64,000 nt of DNA from assembly GCA_051294375.1 (NCBI GenBank), contig CM119271.1:15940770-16004769 (forward strand). The letters run 5' to 3'. Both the position numbers and the translations under genes were made by a program. A model generated the notes under the pieces. That model was not told the origin of the DNA, ran no database searches, and saw only the letters and a program-made list of their open reading frames with translations. Every line of letters begins with the position of its first letter. The first letter of the stretch is position 1. Origin of the DNA: Paraspadella gotoi (lineage: Eukaryota; Animalia; Chaetognatha). Below, piece by piece: positions 37,213 through 50,600 of this stretch.

Positions 37213-37904
37213 ATGGCCATCGCCATCGGCGTTCCCATCAAAGGTAAAAAACTTAAATGATTATATTTTAAGACCAAAGAAATAATACTATCGATAATAT
37301 TAATTATAACCAAATTTTTGTTTATAGTTCTTCACGAGGCAGAGGGTCACATCGTGACGGTGGAATCCTCGACGGGCGAAGTTTATCGAGGGAAACTCAT
37401 CGAAGCCGAAGACAACATGAATCTGCAGGTGAAGATCATCACCATTAATATTTTTTCTTACGTAATTGTACTTTTAATAATCCAAATACATTAATGTATT
37501 TTTGTCTCAGATGAAGGACAACACGATCACCTACAGAGACGGGCGAGTCGCGCAGTTGGAATACATTTACATTAGAGGTTCCAAAGTTAGGTAAGTTATT
37601 TTTATCTTGAAGAATCTGAAGAATGCTTTGAACAAAACTTACCTTTCGTCTTCTCTCTCCTCTCGAACTCTAAAGGTTCATGATTCTCCCCGACATGTTG
37701 AAGAACGCGCCGATGTTTAAGCAAAAGACTCGCGGCGGCGGCGCCGGGCGCGGCAAGTCCGCCATTTTGCGGGCCCAGGCCGGCAGAGGGGGTCGTGGTC
37801 GAGGCTTCGCGGGCCGCGGCGGACGGGGCTTCGGGGATCGAGGACGCGGCGGTGGACGGGGCGGTTTCGATCGCGGGCGAGGCGGCCCTCCGCGCGGATA
37901 TTGA
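37213..37904 (+). CDS. SNRPD3: Small nuclear ribonucleoprotein Sm D3, ~146 aa, 4 exons (37213-37243, 37328-37428, 37511-37590, 37676-37904)
   Basis: Spliced product [62 protein letters not shown] with an RG-rich tail. Confidence 0.96.
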
Positions 37905-38568
37905 TGCCACTTTGTCTCGACTCATTGAGTTTCTTTCAAATCTTCATCAATTTTTCTCTTCTTCTTTTTTTTTTCTTTCAACTGGGAAACTTTAATCCAT
38001 TTTTAATTCGTTTTCCCAATTCCATTTTTTCGCATAAAGAAATAAACAATTTTCGTTAATTCGTCGTTAATAACGAATGAACTCAATTTTATGGCGCCAA
38101 TTCACATTTTTTCTCTTTCGCCGCGAATATAGAACAATTGTATAACGGAGCTCTTGTACTTTTTTTAAAAAAAAGAAGAAAAAAAATATTCCAAACTTAA
38201 TTACCAGTTCCGTTAAATGTTGTTTTTTTTTTTGCAGGATGTGATTTTTAAGTTAAAATAGTTTGAAAAAGAGTATATAACTTTCATGGATCTGCTCCCT
38301 ACGGTTTTAAGACAAAAACGTGAGATGGGAGACTTTGTAGAATTGACGAGATCGTTGTCCGTCTGTCTCTACGTTTTCTTCTTTTAAAATTCTTTTCCTA
38401 ACTAAGATCTTCAAAATCATTTGTTTTAATTTTTTTTTCCGCGCTTACCTACATTCCTTAATACTAGTTTTACTTAAATTAATTACTGTAATTAAAACTA
38501 AAAAAACCTCCAAAGTTTCGTGCGGTTCTCGGTATTCGGTATTCGTGGCGGGAGGCCCGACGCCGATC

Positions 38569-41500
38569 ATGGATAAAATCGTGCTGACTTCCAAGACGAG
38601 CTCTCTTGCGGTGCCTGGGTTGGTGCCGATGAGATTAGTCGCCACCATGGACATCGATAACACGGGTGGGTCCTCAAAAGGGAATCCTCAAAATGTTTTT
38701 TTTTTTTTCTCTCAAAAGTGTCTGCGGTATTTTCAAATTTTGTATTTTTCCTTTCTCCTCTCCTCCTTTATTTCCCTTTACTACCCTCCAATCTCCTCAT
38801 TCCTCCCCCTACTCTTCTCCAGGCCCCAATTGCGTCCCCCGCCTCTGCACTCTTCAAATCACTCGCGTCGTCGTCGTCGTCGCCAACAAACGTCGTCTTC
38901 TCGATTCCACCAACGACTTCACCTTCGTCCTCGCCGTCAAGATGCAGGTCTTTCTTCTCTTTCTATTTATTCTTTTTTTTTTTATCTTTGGTTTTTTTTG
39001 TTTGTTTTTTTTTTGTCTTAATCTTGTCTTAATAATGTAAAAATTAACACAAAAAGTTCCATGAAATTGGTATACCACCAAAATAAAATTATCCTTTCGG
39101 TCAATTAAAAAGCCATTTTGTCTATTGACTTATTACAAGATAATTACATAGCAGGACCCTGCGAGCTTTCAATCGAGACTTTCTCAGTTTCATTTATTAA
39201 CTCTTAGATTATCTGGCTTGTCTATAGATGAAGTGGTACAATGTTTTACTTCCATGCCAAGCACTCGGAGGTATTGAGCTAAATTGAATGAGTCTCGATA
39301 AATAAAGCTTCCAGGAAGAAGCGTAGTGCTAATTCTTAATTCTTAATCAACTTTCAAAAAAAAAAAAATTGTAGTATTTTATTTATTAATAATCATTACT
39401 CAGTGAAAAGGAAGGCCTCAACACATATTGAAATATCTCTCTCGGACAGGGCATCCGCCGTGTCATGCGATCCAATGAGATTCCCGTCGACGCTGAACTC
39501 GACGTCACCTTCGAATTCGCTTACCCTCATTACCTGAAGCCGCGGGGGAACAAGTTGGAGGTCATGCTGCAGCGGAGGAAGAGGCATCGGCACCGACCCG
39601 CCATGGGCTTCAAAACCGCCGCCTCGGGTAATTGGATTGGATTGGATTGATTGCATTGCCTGGCGTCCCGGATGTTATCAAGTTTACTTACTTCTCTTTT
39701 TGCTTAGTTTTCGATTGAAATCATTTCTCCTGCGTGCTCGGCTGGTCTTGGAAAGTAATATGCATACTAGTATTTAATCTTGAATACTGATTTTGATGAT
39801 TTAAATTCAGGTTCCATCGACATGGCGCAGATTCTACAAAGACCGTCGGAGACTGGGCACAGACTCGCTTTACTAAGCGAGGGGAAGGAGCCGTCCGAGG
39901 TCTTGGCAGGTCCGTTGCCACTGAATATTGTGAATAAGTCAAGGAGTGAATTAGTCAAGGAAAATATGTCAAAATAACAGGAGTTTATGAGAAGGAATTT
40001 TTAAACTAATTTTAAATTTAACCAAAAAAATGCTAAAACATCCTCATGGGCTTATGAAGATCTCACGGAGAATTGTCCACTTCCCAGTGTCCATTTAAAA
40101 ATATATCTATCTAGCTCTTTACTTCCTCCGAGGAGATAGTCGAGTAGTCGCTACATCACTTCTTTTGATAAATCCTCGTAATTGAAATATGATACTATGG
40201 CAACAGCCGGGTTGTCTGTGATGCCCATTGGGTTTGGGGGGTTCCGACCCTCAGTGACGCATCCAGTCACTGGCGCGGTTACCCTAGGACGGTCTTGCTT
40301 TGCCAACGCAGAGGGAAGTCGTTAGGACTGTGGATGGAACACTACGCCTGGGATGGTGTGTTCCCACTCTGAGCCAATGCTATTTGCTGAACAATCGTGG
40401 ACGTGAGGTGGTGTAAATATATCACCACAGGATCCCCGGACCAAGACATCACTCAGGTTCCTCAAGACTGAGGGGTGTCTGACAAGACTGTTACCATAGT
40501 GGGAGAGAGAGAGTGCAAGTTGTGGGGGCATAGGCGTTCGTCGTAGCGTACCCGAAGTCGGTAGGGCATAGGCATTTGTCGTAGCGTGTTCGATAGTAGG
40601 GTTCACCTCTTATGGCAACAGCCAGGTTGCCTGTGATGCCAATTGGGATGGGGCATCTCACTGTTGGCTTTGAGGGCTTCCGACCCTCAGTGACGCATCC
40701 AGTCACTGGCGCGGTTACTCTCGGACGGTCTCGCTTTGCCAACGAAGAGGGAAATCGTTAGGACTGTGGATGGAACACTACTCCTGGGATGGTGTGTTCC
40801 CCCTCTGAGCCAATGGTATTGACTGAACGATCGTGGACGTGGTGGTGTGAATATACCACCAAAATACTTCAATTATTAGTTATTTAAATGTTAATTGAAC
40901 CACAAAACAAATATTAAATTTAAAATATTAAATATTATATTATATTATTAAATATTAATATTAAATATTAAATTTAAAATCCAATAGAATATAAAATTAA
41001 ATTATAATTAATTAAAATACTACAATATGCAAATTAGATTGAACGATTCGTAGTCTTATTAAACGTCTTCCTCATTCCACCCAGAGCTCGTAGTGGGCGC
41101 CCTGGCCTCCCACCCTTTGGAGGACGAAGACTCCCGCCCTCGATCTCGATCCGGTCGTCGGAAGTCGAAGATCTTCCTCGGCGCCTCAGACCCGAGTCCC
41201 GACGACGTCGACGACGACGACGACGATTTCGACGACGACGACATCGACGACGGAGGGAGCGACTCGGACGGCGGGGCGCAGGCCACCGCGAGGGGGTGAG
41301 GGGGTGGGTGAAGGGAACTGTCAAGGCGCTGCTGAAGCGTGATGGTGTCGGCATAAACACGCCATACAAAAGCCCGATTGTAAGCCACACCCTTTAAATT
41401 AATTAATTAATTTAAATTTAATTAATTATTGGAGTCTCCCCCCCCTTCTACCTTTTCCTTGACCCAGCGTGGCCAAACACCGCTCGTCCTCTAACCTCAA

Positions 41501-41879
41501 GCAGCGCTTCGCCGCTCTCCTCCGCAAATTCAAGGTCAGCGAGGACGAAGTGTTGGAGGGCGTTGACCCCGTGGATCCCGCCGACTCCCTCGAGAAGAAA
41601 GAGATCGAGGAGATCTTCAACGAGTTGGAAGAGTGCTACCCTTCAGACTCTGACGCCGACGACGACGACGAGAGCGTCATGTCCGTCCTCTCCACGCCGA
41701 GACCCACGCTTCGGCCTTTCTTCTCGGACGGCGGAGGAGCGGGAGAGGCGGGGGCGGTGTGGGGAGGAAAAGGAGGAGGAGGAGGAGAGAGAAGCGTGGG
41801 CATCGGAGGCCGGAAGCAGTCCTTGTTGCCCGCTGATGGACAGAGGGACTCGTCTGCCAATAATTACTGTGATAATTGA
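38569..41879 (+). CDS. PACS: Phosphofurin acidic cluster sorting protein (PACS1/2-like), ~373 aa, 6 exons (38569-38665, 38823-38947, 39450-39627, 39811-39909, 41085-41295, 41468-41879); C-terminal domain absent
   Basis: VPMRLVATMDID..NCVPRLC, MRSNEI..YPHYLK..NKLEVMLQRRKR, an acidic cluster, NLKQRFAALLRKFKVS and SVLSTPRPTLRPFF match the PACS furin-binding and middle regions. All junctions keep frame. Confidence 0.88.
40196..40861. mobile_element. Two direct ~240-250-bp structured repeats (40196-40429, 40611-40861) flanking a 181-bp spacer, in PACS intron 4
   Basis: Both units start TATGGCAACAGCC and share CAGTGACGCATCCAGTCACTG and GGAACACTAC..GTGTTCC. A solo inverted copy lies at 17796-18051. 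Confidence 0.75.
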
Positions 41880-42149
41880 AGAAAACTCTCTCTTTCTTTC
41901 TCTCTTTCTTTCTCTCTCTCTCTTTCTCTCTCTCTCTCTCGTGATGTGTTCTCGTCCGTCGTTGTGGTTGTCCGTGATTTTTTCCGCGACTGAGGATCCA
42001 CTTTCTTCCCCCGGATGTGACTCTGTATTTCATCCCCCGGATGTGACTATGTATTTCATCCAGGGATTCCCGAGTCTCCGGACGCTGTTTTCTCTTCCAC
42101 GTCGCGTCGCATTCCTATTATCCCTTTATTGTATTACTCCCTTCCACAC

Positions 42150-42593
42150 TAAGGCGTAGTAAAATTTCTAAATTTAACTTTAAAATTCTAAAAGTGAAAA
42201 ACGAACAACATTATACTAATGAACTTTTTTGTATAAAAAAAAATTATTATAAATTTTACTATTTTACTAGGCCATATTTTGACATAGTATTAATCCAATA
42301 AATGTTAAAAATCCATTCTAAGATTTTTTTGCAGATTTGGATTCCTCATAAAAAGTTGATAAAAAGTAATATAACTCTTTTTAAAAAATTCCTTCATTCA
42401 GTGGGTAAAAAATCAGAAAAAACTATATTTTAAGCTGTAACTTTTTATATAAGGATAGTACTATATATAAATATAGCCTAATGCGAAAATCATAAAATAT
42501 GAAATTAATTTTTTTTACAAATTAATATTCACTGATGTATGTTGTTCATAATTGACTTTAAGAATTTTCGTATGTTACTTACACTACGCTTTA
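42150..42593. mobile_element. hAT-type MITE (family A)
   Basis: Ends TAAGGCGTAGT..ACTACGCTTTA. Perfect 8-bp TSD TTCCACAC at 42142-42149 and 42594-42601. Confidence 0.85.
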
Positions 42594-43036
42594 TTCCACA
42601 CCCAAACCCTTCCATACTAAATACGAAACTTTCAAGTTTCCTTCCCCCCACAATTGTTATATTACTTTTATTTTCCCGCGTTTCGCACCGATCTCATCTA
42701 AATATTAATCAGTATTATTAAGCATTTTTCAAGTATATAAACGTTACGAACGCTTCCGAGGGAAAAACCAATCAATCATTCCGTTGTGCATCCCTTGTTA
42801 AAATCCTCTTTTTTTTTGCCTGTGATTTTTTTTAGACGACGAGAGAGAAAGAGAGAGAGAGAGAGAGAGACAGAAATTGAGAGAGCGAGACGATTTCCTT
42901 AACTCTGAAAAGATGCGTTAAAAAGGTCGCTGGATGTAAATGGACGCGGTCCATCGAGAGAAAAGAAAAATGATCAGAGAAAAATGAATTGATGAATTTA
43001 AAAAATTCGATTCTGAAAAAGAAAAAAAAATCGGAT

Positions 43037-46000
43037 ATGAATTCTCTGACGACGACTACGACTACGACGCGATCACAAGTAGGGAGACTCGTCAGTCTCA
43101 CACAGAATCACAGTCTCACACAGAATCAAGGTAAGTTTAAGTGACCGTTTTATTGGTCCGAGCGACGCGGGACTCTGTCCGACCGTCTCCCAATCCCCCA
43201 ATTCTGGTAACGATGGTTTCGATTCATCGTTGCTAAATATTTTCTTATCTATTAATAGTATTATAGTATTATTACTAAATTTGAGAAAAATTAAAACTAG
43301 TTTTCCCTCTTGATTTTCTTCAGCGACTCCGGGCGACGGAAATCAGGGACACGGAAACGGCGGACCAACTCCGCCGGTCGACAGGTTCGTTTTAGTTTCT
43401 TAACAAGTACTATTAACATTATTTAATAAATAAAGCATAGTTGTAATGTTACTCCATTGCAAAAATCAATCTAAATTCCTTTCCTTCTCCCACAGAGAAC
43501 GAGTCTACAATTGGATCGTGGAATTGGCGAAGACGGAATCTCAAGAGAACGCGCTGCTGGAACTCAGCAAGAAGAGAGAGATCGTTCCCGATCTCGCGCC
43601 GATGCTCTGGCATTCTTTCGGTGAGGAGCGGTAATCTCACGCACGGACAGAGGGACAGATTGGCGATTGGAATAAACATTGGGAATAATATAATTGGCGG
43701 GGGAAAAAAATTAGGTTTGAGGAAAATTACTAAATTGTCGGTTATTCCCATGGAAAACGAATCTCTCAATTACATTTGCATTTTGTAGTTTATTAACGAA
43801 GTTTATTCTTATACTTTAGAAGTTTATATTTATTACTTTCCATGACTTCCTTTTTATTTTATTATATAATATAATATTTATTTGTAAGTTTTTGGCGAAA
43901 GGAATATTTAGTTGTGCATTATAAAGCTTTTAAAATTCCACTTCGTCTTCAGGCACCATCGCGGCTCTCCTTCAAGAAATCGTCAACATCTATCCAGCGA
44001 TCAATCCTCCCACGCTGACGGCGCATCAAAGCAATCGGGTCTGCAACGCCCTCGCCCTTCTGCAATGCGTCGCCTCCCATCCAGAGACCAGGACAGTTTT
44101 TCTCAAGGTCCGTACAGAGCAGATCGCATATGGAAAGTCACGATTTTCTTTTAAATAATACATGTATTACTTTGTAAATTAAAGCCATAGCCGATGAAAT
44201 AAATATGTTAATGTATACAGTGTTAAAAAACTTAAAATAATCTATCATGAGCATAGATTATGGTATTAAAATATTTTTTGTCAAAAAAGTCGAATTAAAA
44301 TTATTATATTACAATATAGAGAAATTTTTTTTTTTAAATCTTAAAATTTTTTGATGGATTCTGATAGAGCATAAAAAGTTAAACAAGAAATATAATTACA
44401 CCTTTTAAAAAATTTTATGTTATCTAAGTGAAAATATAAATATAAAAAAACTGATAAAATCATCGAAAGATTATGATAACGATCTTTTATTTTTTTTATT
44501 TTTAACTCGCTTATCATAAAAATATTTAAAAAATAATTATACTTTGTGTATACAACTTTTTATGAGCTATCTGAATCTGTTCTTAAAATTTAAGAATTTT
44601 CAAAAAAACTTTTGGCCTTTCCTATCTATAAATATTAAAAAATTAATTACTAGCCATATAAGTAATTTTTTGTCCATTGAAAGTATTCTTAAAAATGTAT
44701 AAATTTTCGTTTGAGCATGTACTCGCTGTAAATTTTTAACTCACCCCATTGAGTGCCGCTTCCCCTAATTTAATATATATAATAATATTAATCCAGGCCC
44801 ACATTCCTCTCTTTCTCTACCCTTTCCTTCACACGACGTCAAAGACTCGACCCTTCGAGTATCTCAGACTCACGAGTCTCGGAGTCATCGGCGCACTCGT
44901 CAAGACGGACGAGCAAGAGGTATGTCCCGGATGTAATTTCGTTAATCTTTGTTAATTAAGGTTGACTTTATTTTGATATTTAATCTATGATAATCAGGTG
45001 ATTGATTTTCTGTTGACCACCGAGATTATTCCCCTCTGCCTTCGAATCATGGAGTCGGGAAGCGAATTGTCCAAAACCGTCGCCACTTTCATTTTGCAAA
45101 AGGTTTCCTCAGTTTTATATGAAATTGGTACAACCAATATAAAAATTATCCATTCATTTAATAAATAAGCTATCTTGCCCCTGACTTTGGACAGGCTTTG
45201 GTGGTTTAAGGCCTCCATCATTCTTACAAGATAATGACATAGCAGGTCCCTGCAAGCTTTCAATCAAGACTCTCTCACAGTCTCGTTTATTCACTCCCAG
45301 AGTACCTGGCTTCCCTATCAATGAAGTGGTATATTATCTTCGCTCAATTTTGATGTATTTTGATGTAATTGATGTCAAGAGCTTGATTATTTCCATTATG
45401 TTTCAACTCGACAGATTCTCCTGGACGAGACGGGTTTGTCCTACATCTGTCAGACTTACGAGAGATTTTCTCACGTCGCCCTCATTTTGGGAAAGATGGT
45501 GCATCACTTGTCCAAGGTGAGTCTAAAGTACATACAACATCGGACAAAGGTTTGTTTTTAATTTAGGCAGGTTTCTTCATTTAGTTCCCTCTTGGTCTGC
45601 GTCTTTGAATCAGGGCACCTGTGGACGAACATCACACACACACATCACACATCACACACCCTCATTATCGACAAAACTCAATCTTAATGATTTAAAATTT
45701 AGGGGGAAAAAAATGACACAATTTTAAAAGTATTTTAAATCAACATTCCATTAACTTTTTTTTCAGGAACAATCTGCCCGTTTGTTAAAACACGTTGTTC
45801 GGTGCTACCTCCGCTTATCCGACAATCACCGCGCCAGAGAGGCCCTGGGACAATGCTTGCCCGATCAGGTTCTTTATTTTTTCATTATCGGTGTCTGACA
45901 AAAACTGTCCGGTTTAATTTTGGTTAAATGTGATTCAGAATGTTCCGCATCAAGTTCCTCCTTTTTTTCCAGTTGAAAGATCAAACTTTCATGAATTGCC

Positions 46001-46125
46001 TGAAGGACGACCAGAGCACGAGGCGATGGCTGGCGACGCTTCTCAAGAACTTAGAGAACCCCGTCGCCGGTGTTGGGGTCGGAATGCCTGGACCAAACCT
46101 CATGCAGCCCGGGCCGCAGCCTTAA
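43037..46125 (+). CDS. CNOT9: CCR4-NOT subunit 9 (RQCD1/Caf40), ~339 aa, 9 exons (43037-43130, 43324-43384, 43496-43620, 43953-44107, 44797-44919, 44998-45102, 45415-45516, 45767-45868, 45973-46125)
   Basis: [89 protein letters not shown]. An in-frame upstream ATG at 42992 is an alternative start. Confidence 0.96.
45117..45305. repeat. Dispersed SINE-like repeat in a CNOT9 intron
   Basis: Longer version of the 18718-18853 repeat. Confidence 0.7.
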
Positions 46126-47656
46126 TTTCTTTTTTGTTTGGCCTTAAAAAAAAAAAAAAAACTCGAAGAATCTCGTTTGTCTTTTTACATTTTGGAAAAT
46201 AAACGAGAAAATTTTAAACTAAAGAGCAATATTGTGTTATTTTTTAAATTCCTCCTTTTCTGTCTCTTAATGTTGTTTTGGGTCGTTATACTTAATCTTT
46301 CTCAATCGATTCAAGAAAAGACTTTTTGTTAAAAAAAATTATCTTCGTATTTTTTTGAAAGTTTTTTGACATTTTCTTGTGACGGAACGAATTTAATTTT
46401 AGTTTTCGTCATAATTAAATGTAGATTTTAAAATGAAATCAAACACTTTTTTGTTTGGACTTTTTGAAAAAAAAATCTACTAGCAATAATTTTACTATGC
46501 CTCATCTGCATTAGCCCAATTAGTATTTCTATGTTAATAGGGTTTGTATTGATCATATTTGTTTGTTTCTAAAATATGAATGAAATTGGTACAACCAATA
46601 TTTAAGTTTCATTTCGTTTTGTTTGTTTGTTTGTTTGATTGTTTGTTCGATTCACATAAAATTTGATTAAATTAATTGAACCCAGTCTACTAATTTGATT
46701 TCGCTCTATTATAGAGCTTTGTTGCATAATTTATGCATTCAATAGTCAATTAAAAAAATACAAATTATGTATATTTTGTTTTCTTGTAAATACCGCGTTT
46801 CGAGGTCAGGCTTTATTCTTCGTTATTCAGTGAACTTTGGTTCTGTGAACGAAAGCTAAATCCATAACACGACGACGACAACGACGACCCGAGTTTTAAA
46901 CTTTTTATTTTCTCTTCGAAATTAAATTTTGTTCTTCACCAATTGACTTTGATGATTAATTTTTTTCCCCACAAAATATATTTTCATATTTTAGATATAC
47001 TTTTGAAATGAACAACTCGATCCGCAATAATTTAGAAAAAAAAAGTAGAAAACGAGACGTAACTGATTCACCGAATGTTTGTTAATTCCGCTAAAAGGTT
47101 CGCGCATTAGAATAAAGAAGAGAAAAACGGTAGATAATTTAAATATCGATGCTCACCGTCTTAATTCCTCACGGCGGAATCCTTTCACCGACTTTACAAT
47201 CTTCGACGTTTAAGATTCACCACCGATGAAGGAGTGAAGTAAGCGAATGATGCGAAACGCATTGCGCTTGCGCATTGTCAAGGGGACAATTATTTGTTAT
47301 ACTTAACTATTTACGTGAATAAGTTGGCCTCGGATCGAAATGACGCGACTCGACTTTCCTTTTTAATCGAAGAAAAGAGAAAATAGTCTTCGTCGCCTTT
47401 CGCTTCGCAAATGAGCTGAACCGATCAAAATCAGGTGAGGTTGGGGTCTGTTGGGGTTGGGCTCAGTTGGGGGTTTCCATATTCCAGGTTTGTGTCTGGT
47501 CACTTGGCGGTTTGGGTCTGGCCTGGGTGAGATTGCCGCCAGACGTTTGGGAGGTCGAGGTTTTGATCTGTAATTGATGAGGTCTGATTGAGACCAGGGT
47601 GAGGCAAATTCCTCACTTCGGTTAATCCAAACTTCTCCCTCGACTCAGGGGGGGCC

Positions 47657-50600
47657 ATGGCCGCTCCTTCCGGCGAAGTCGGCGGCAAAGATGACATCAA
47701 AACTCAGTTCGTCACGAGAGAGGGAACCTACAGGTACAAACAAATCATTTTATAGTAATATATAATTATTAATTAGATCTGTTAACGTTCCTTCCTTTAA
47801 TTTAGGCTCCTTACCCTCTCGGAGTACAGCCACCCCAACCGCATCGCCTACAGCACGCAGAGCAACGTCCCCGTCAAACTCTCCTTCATCGCCGTCGCCG
47901 ACTCGACGGGAAACGGGGAGAGAATCTGTTTCAACATCGGACGCGAACTCTACTTTTACGCTTATCGGGGCGTCAGGTCAGTTTTGTTTCTTTAATCTCA
48001 TTTGCATATTGCAGTATTTTGAAAGAAAGCTATTTGAAAATCTTCTTTTTTGTTTGTCAACTCTTGATTTTTAATATTTGTAATAACTCTTCATTCATGA
48101 ATATCAATATTACCTTTTGACAGAACTTATTATGTATATTCCATCCACTGATTTGCGCCTCGCAGAAAAGCGGCGGACCTGACGAAGCCGATCGACAAGC
48201 GCGTCTACAAGGGGACGATGCCCACGTGTCACCACATCAACCCGTTGACGGCGCACTCGGACTCGGTCGCCCTTCTCGTCGGCTTCTCCGCAGGGCAGGT
48301 CCAGCTCATCGACCCCATCAAGAAGGAACTCAGTAAGCTCTACAACGAGGAGAGACTCATCGATAAGACCAAGGTTTGTTTAGAGCCCCCGCTGGAGAGA
48401 TCAGAAATAGATTTGTTTAGAGCCCCCGCTGGAGAGATCAGAAATAGATTTGTTTACTAAAAAAGATAATACCTCTGAAGTTTGAATTTAATGACTCAAC
48501 ATTCTCATTGGCTTTCTACTTTTTCTGCAGGTGACCTGCATCAAATGGGTGCCCGGTTCCTCGCAACAGTTTCTCGTCTCCCACGCCTCGGGTCATCTCT
48601 ACGTCTACAACGAGGCGTCGCCCTGCGGTCAAAATCCGCCCACCTATCAAATGTTCAAGCAGGTGACACTTTTACTCGATGTTAACAGTTGTAATTAAAC
48701 TTATCTTAAAACTTTACATGGTTTCCGGCCTCCAGGGCGAGGGATACAAGATCGAGACTTGCCGAACGCGGACCTCGTGCAACCCCCTCTATCGATGGAC
48801 GGTGGGCGAAGGGCCGATCAACGAGTTTGCTTTCGGTCCGGACAACAAGCGCTTCGCCGTCGTCTCTCAGGACGGTGATTAAACAGATTAAACGTATAAA
48901 TCAATATTTGTATTTGGTTGTCTATTAATAATTAATAAAAAAAAATAGTTATTAGTTATTGAATTATTTTGGGTATGAAATTATTATTTTGTTGGAAATT
49001 GTAAAAAAAATTTTCTTTTCTCTTCCTTCCTTCGTTCGTTCATTGGTTCTTTCCTACTTTTCTACTTTCTCTTTCCTTCCTTTCCTTTTTCTTTCTTCTT
49101 CCTTTCCTCTTTCCTTTCCTTCTTTTTTACCTTTCTTTCCCCCCCCTCCCCTCCCCCCCAGGCTACCTCCGCATCTTCGACTTCGACTCTCTCTCCCTCG
49201 TCGGTTCCATGAAGTCCTACTTCGGCGGCCTCCTCTGCTGCAGTTGGTCGCCCGACGGAAAATACGTGGCGACGGGCGGAGAGGACGACCTCGTCTCCGT
49301 CTACTCCGTGGCCGAGCAGCGGGTCATATGTCGGGGTCAGGGACACAACTCTTGGGTCAACGTGGTCGCCTTCGACCCTTTCACGTGCCACCTGGGCGGC
49401 GGCGTGTCCGGCGGGCTCGACGACGAGGACGACGACGAGGAGGAGGAGGACGACTGCAGCGAGGCGGAGACGGGCGCCGATTCTCGCGATGCCTTCGGTC
49501 GGTCGCCGCCTTCCGACGTCGTCGACGCGGGGCAGCCGAGATTTAACGGCGGCTGCGGCTGCGGAGCCGACGCGCTTCCTTCCCCGCCGCAGCAGCAGCG
49601 ATCCAGGTCTTTTGGAATTAACGGGCGGTTTTTGGAGCAACCTTTCGGATCATAGTACCTTAATCTAATTTACATATTGTAGTTTTTAAATAACTTATTG
49701 AATATGGGATCCGGTTTTCATACAAGTTTTATTTTGTTTGTTTGTTTTTGTTTTGTTTTGTAAATTTTTATGAGCGTGAATGATGATTTAATTATTTAAC
49801 AATGATTATTTATTTTATTGTAGATAAATCTTTATTCTTTCCCAGGTACTACCAGCGTCCCGTCAACGGCAACTTCTCCGACGACCACGCCTCGCCCAAC
49901 TACCATCATCACCCCGGATGTAATGGACCTCCGCGGCGGAGCGGCGATGCGCTCAAGGACGCCTGCAACTCCGTCAAGGTTTGGCTAAAAGGGAAAAGAT
50001 TTATTTCATTTACATAATACGACATTACTTTTTAAAAACGAAGAGCCTTTACTCTTCATCCTCCACCCTATCTAAAAGGTCTACGGCGCCGGTGACGCCG
50101 ACAATTACGTCGTAGGTTCGTCCCTCGGCGTCGTTGGTTGCCCCGCCTCCCGGTCTCCGCCTTGCGTCAACTACCGAATCGGTTCCATCGGACAGGACAC
50201 CCTCTTGTGTCTCTGGGACTTGACGGAAGACTTGCTTCGGCCACCGGCGCCGCGGGCAAGGGCCAACACCTCCGTCTCCGCCTGCAGCCGACTCTCGCCG
50301 ACGCCGGGTGCCGTTAATGGAAATTCCGGCGCTGCGGCGTCGCCGGGCGTCGTCGGTCGCGTTAACGGCGACGCCGCTCACGTTTTGTCCCCCGCGGCGT
50401 CGACTGTCGCCACCGATCAACGCTCCTCCTCCGGATCTCACAACGCCGCCGCCCCACCTGCTAGTCATTCCCTCGGCCGAAAGGGGGAGGCGACGAACCA
50501 CTTGGACAATAACGCCGGCGCCGTCAACGGACCCCCGCTTCCGCCGCAGCAGCGGACTTCGTCCTCGTCGTTGTCCCAAAAGTTGTCCTCGTTGACGCTG

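Noticed and set aside
40430-40610. Canonical TRIM/LTR retrotransposon internal region
   Set aside because: No tRNA primer-binding site, polypurine tract or 4-6-bp TSD could be identified; left unclassified.
48375-48456. 37-bp tandem duplication in a WDR20 intron (similar small duplications at ~42005-42062 and 43092-43129)
   Set aside because: Ordinary local slippage duplications with no further structure.
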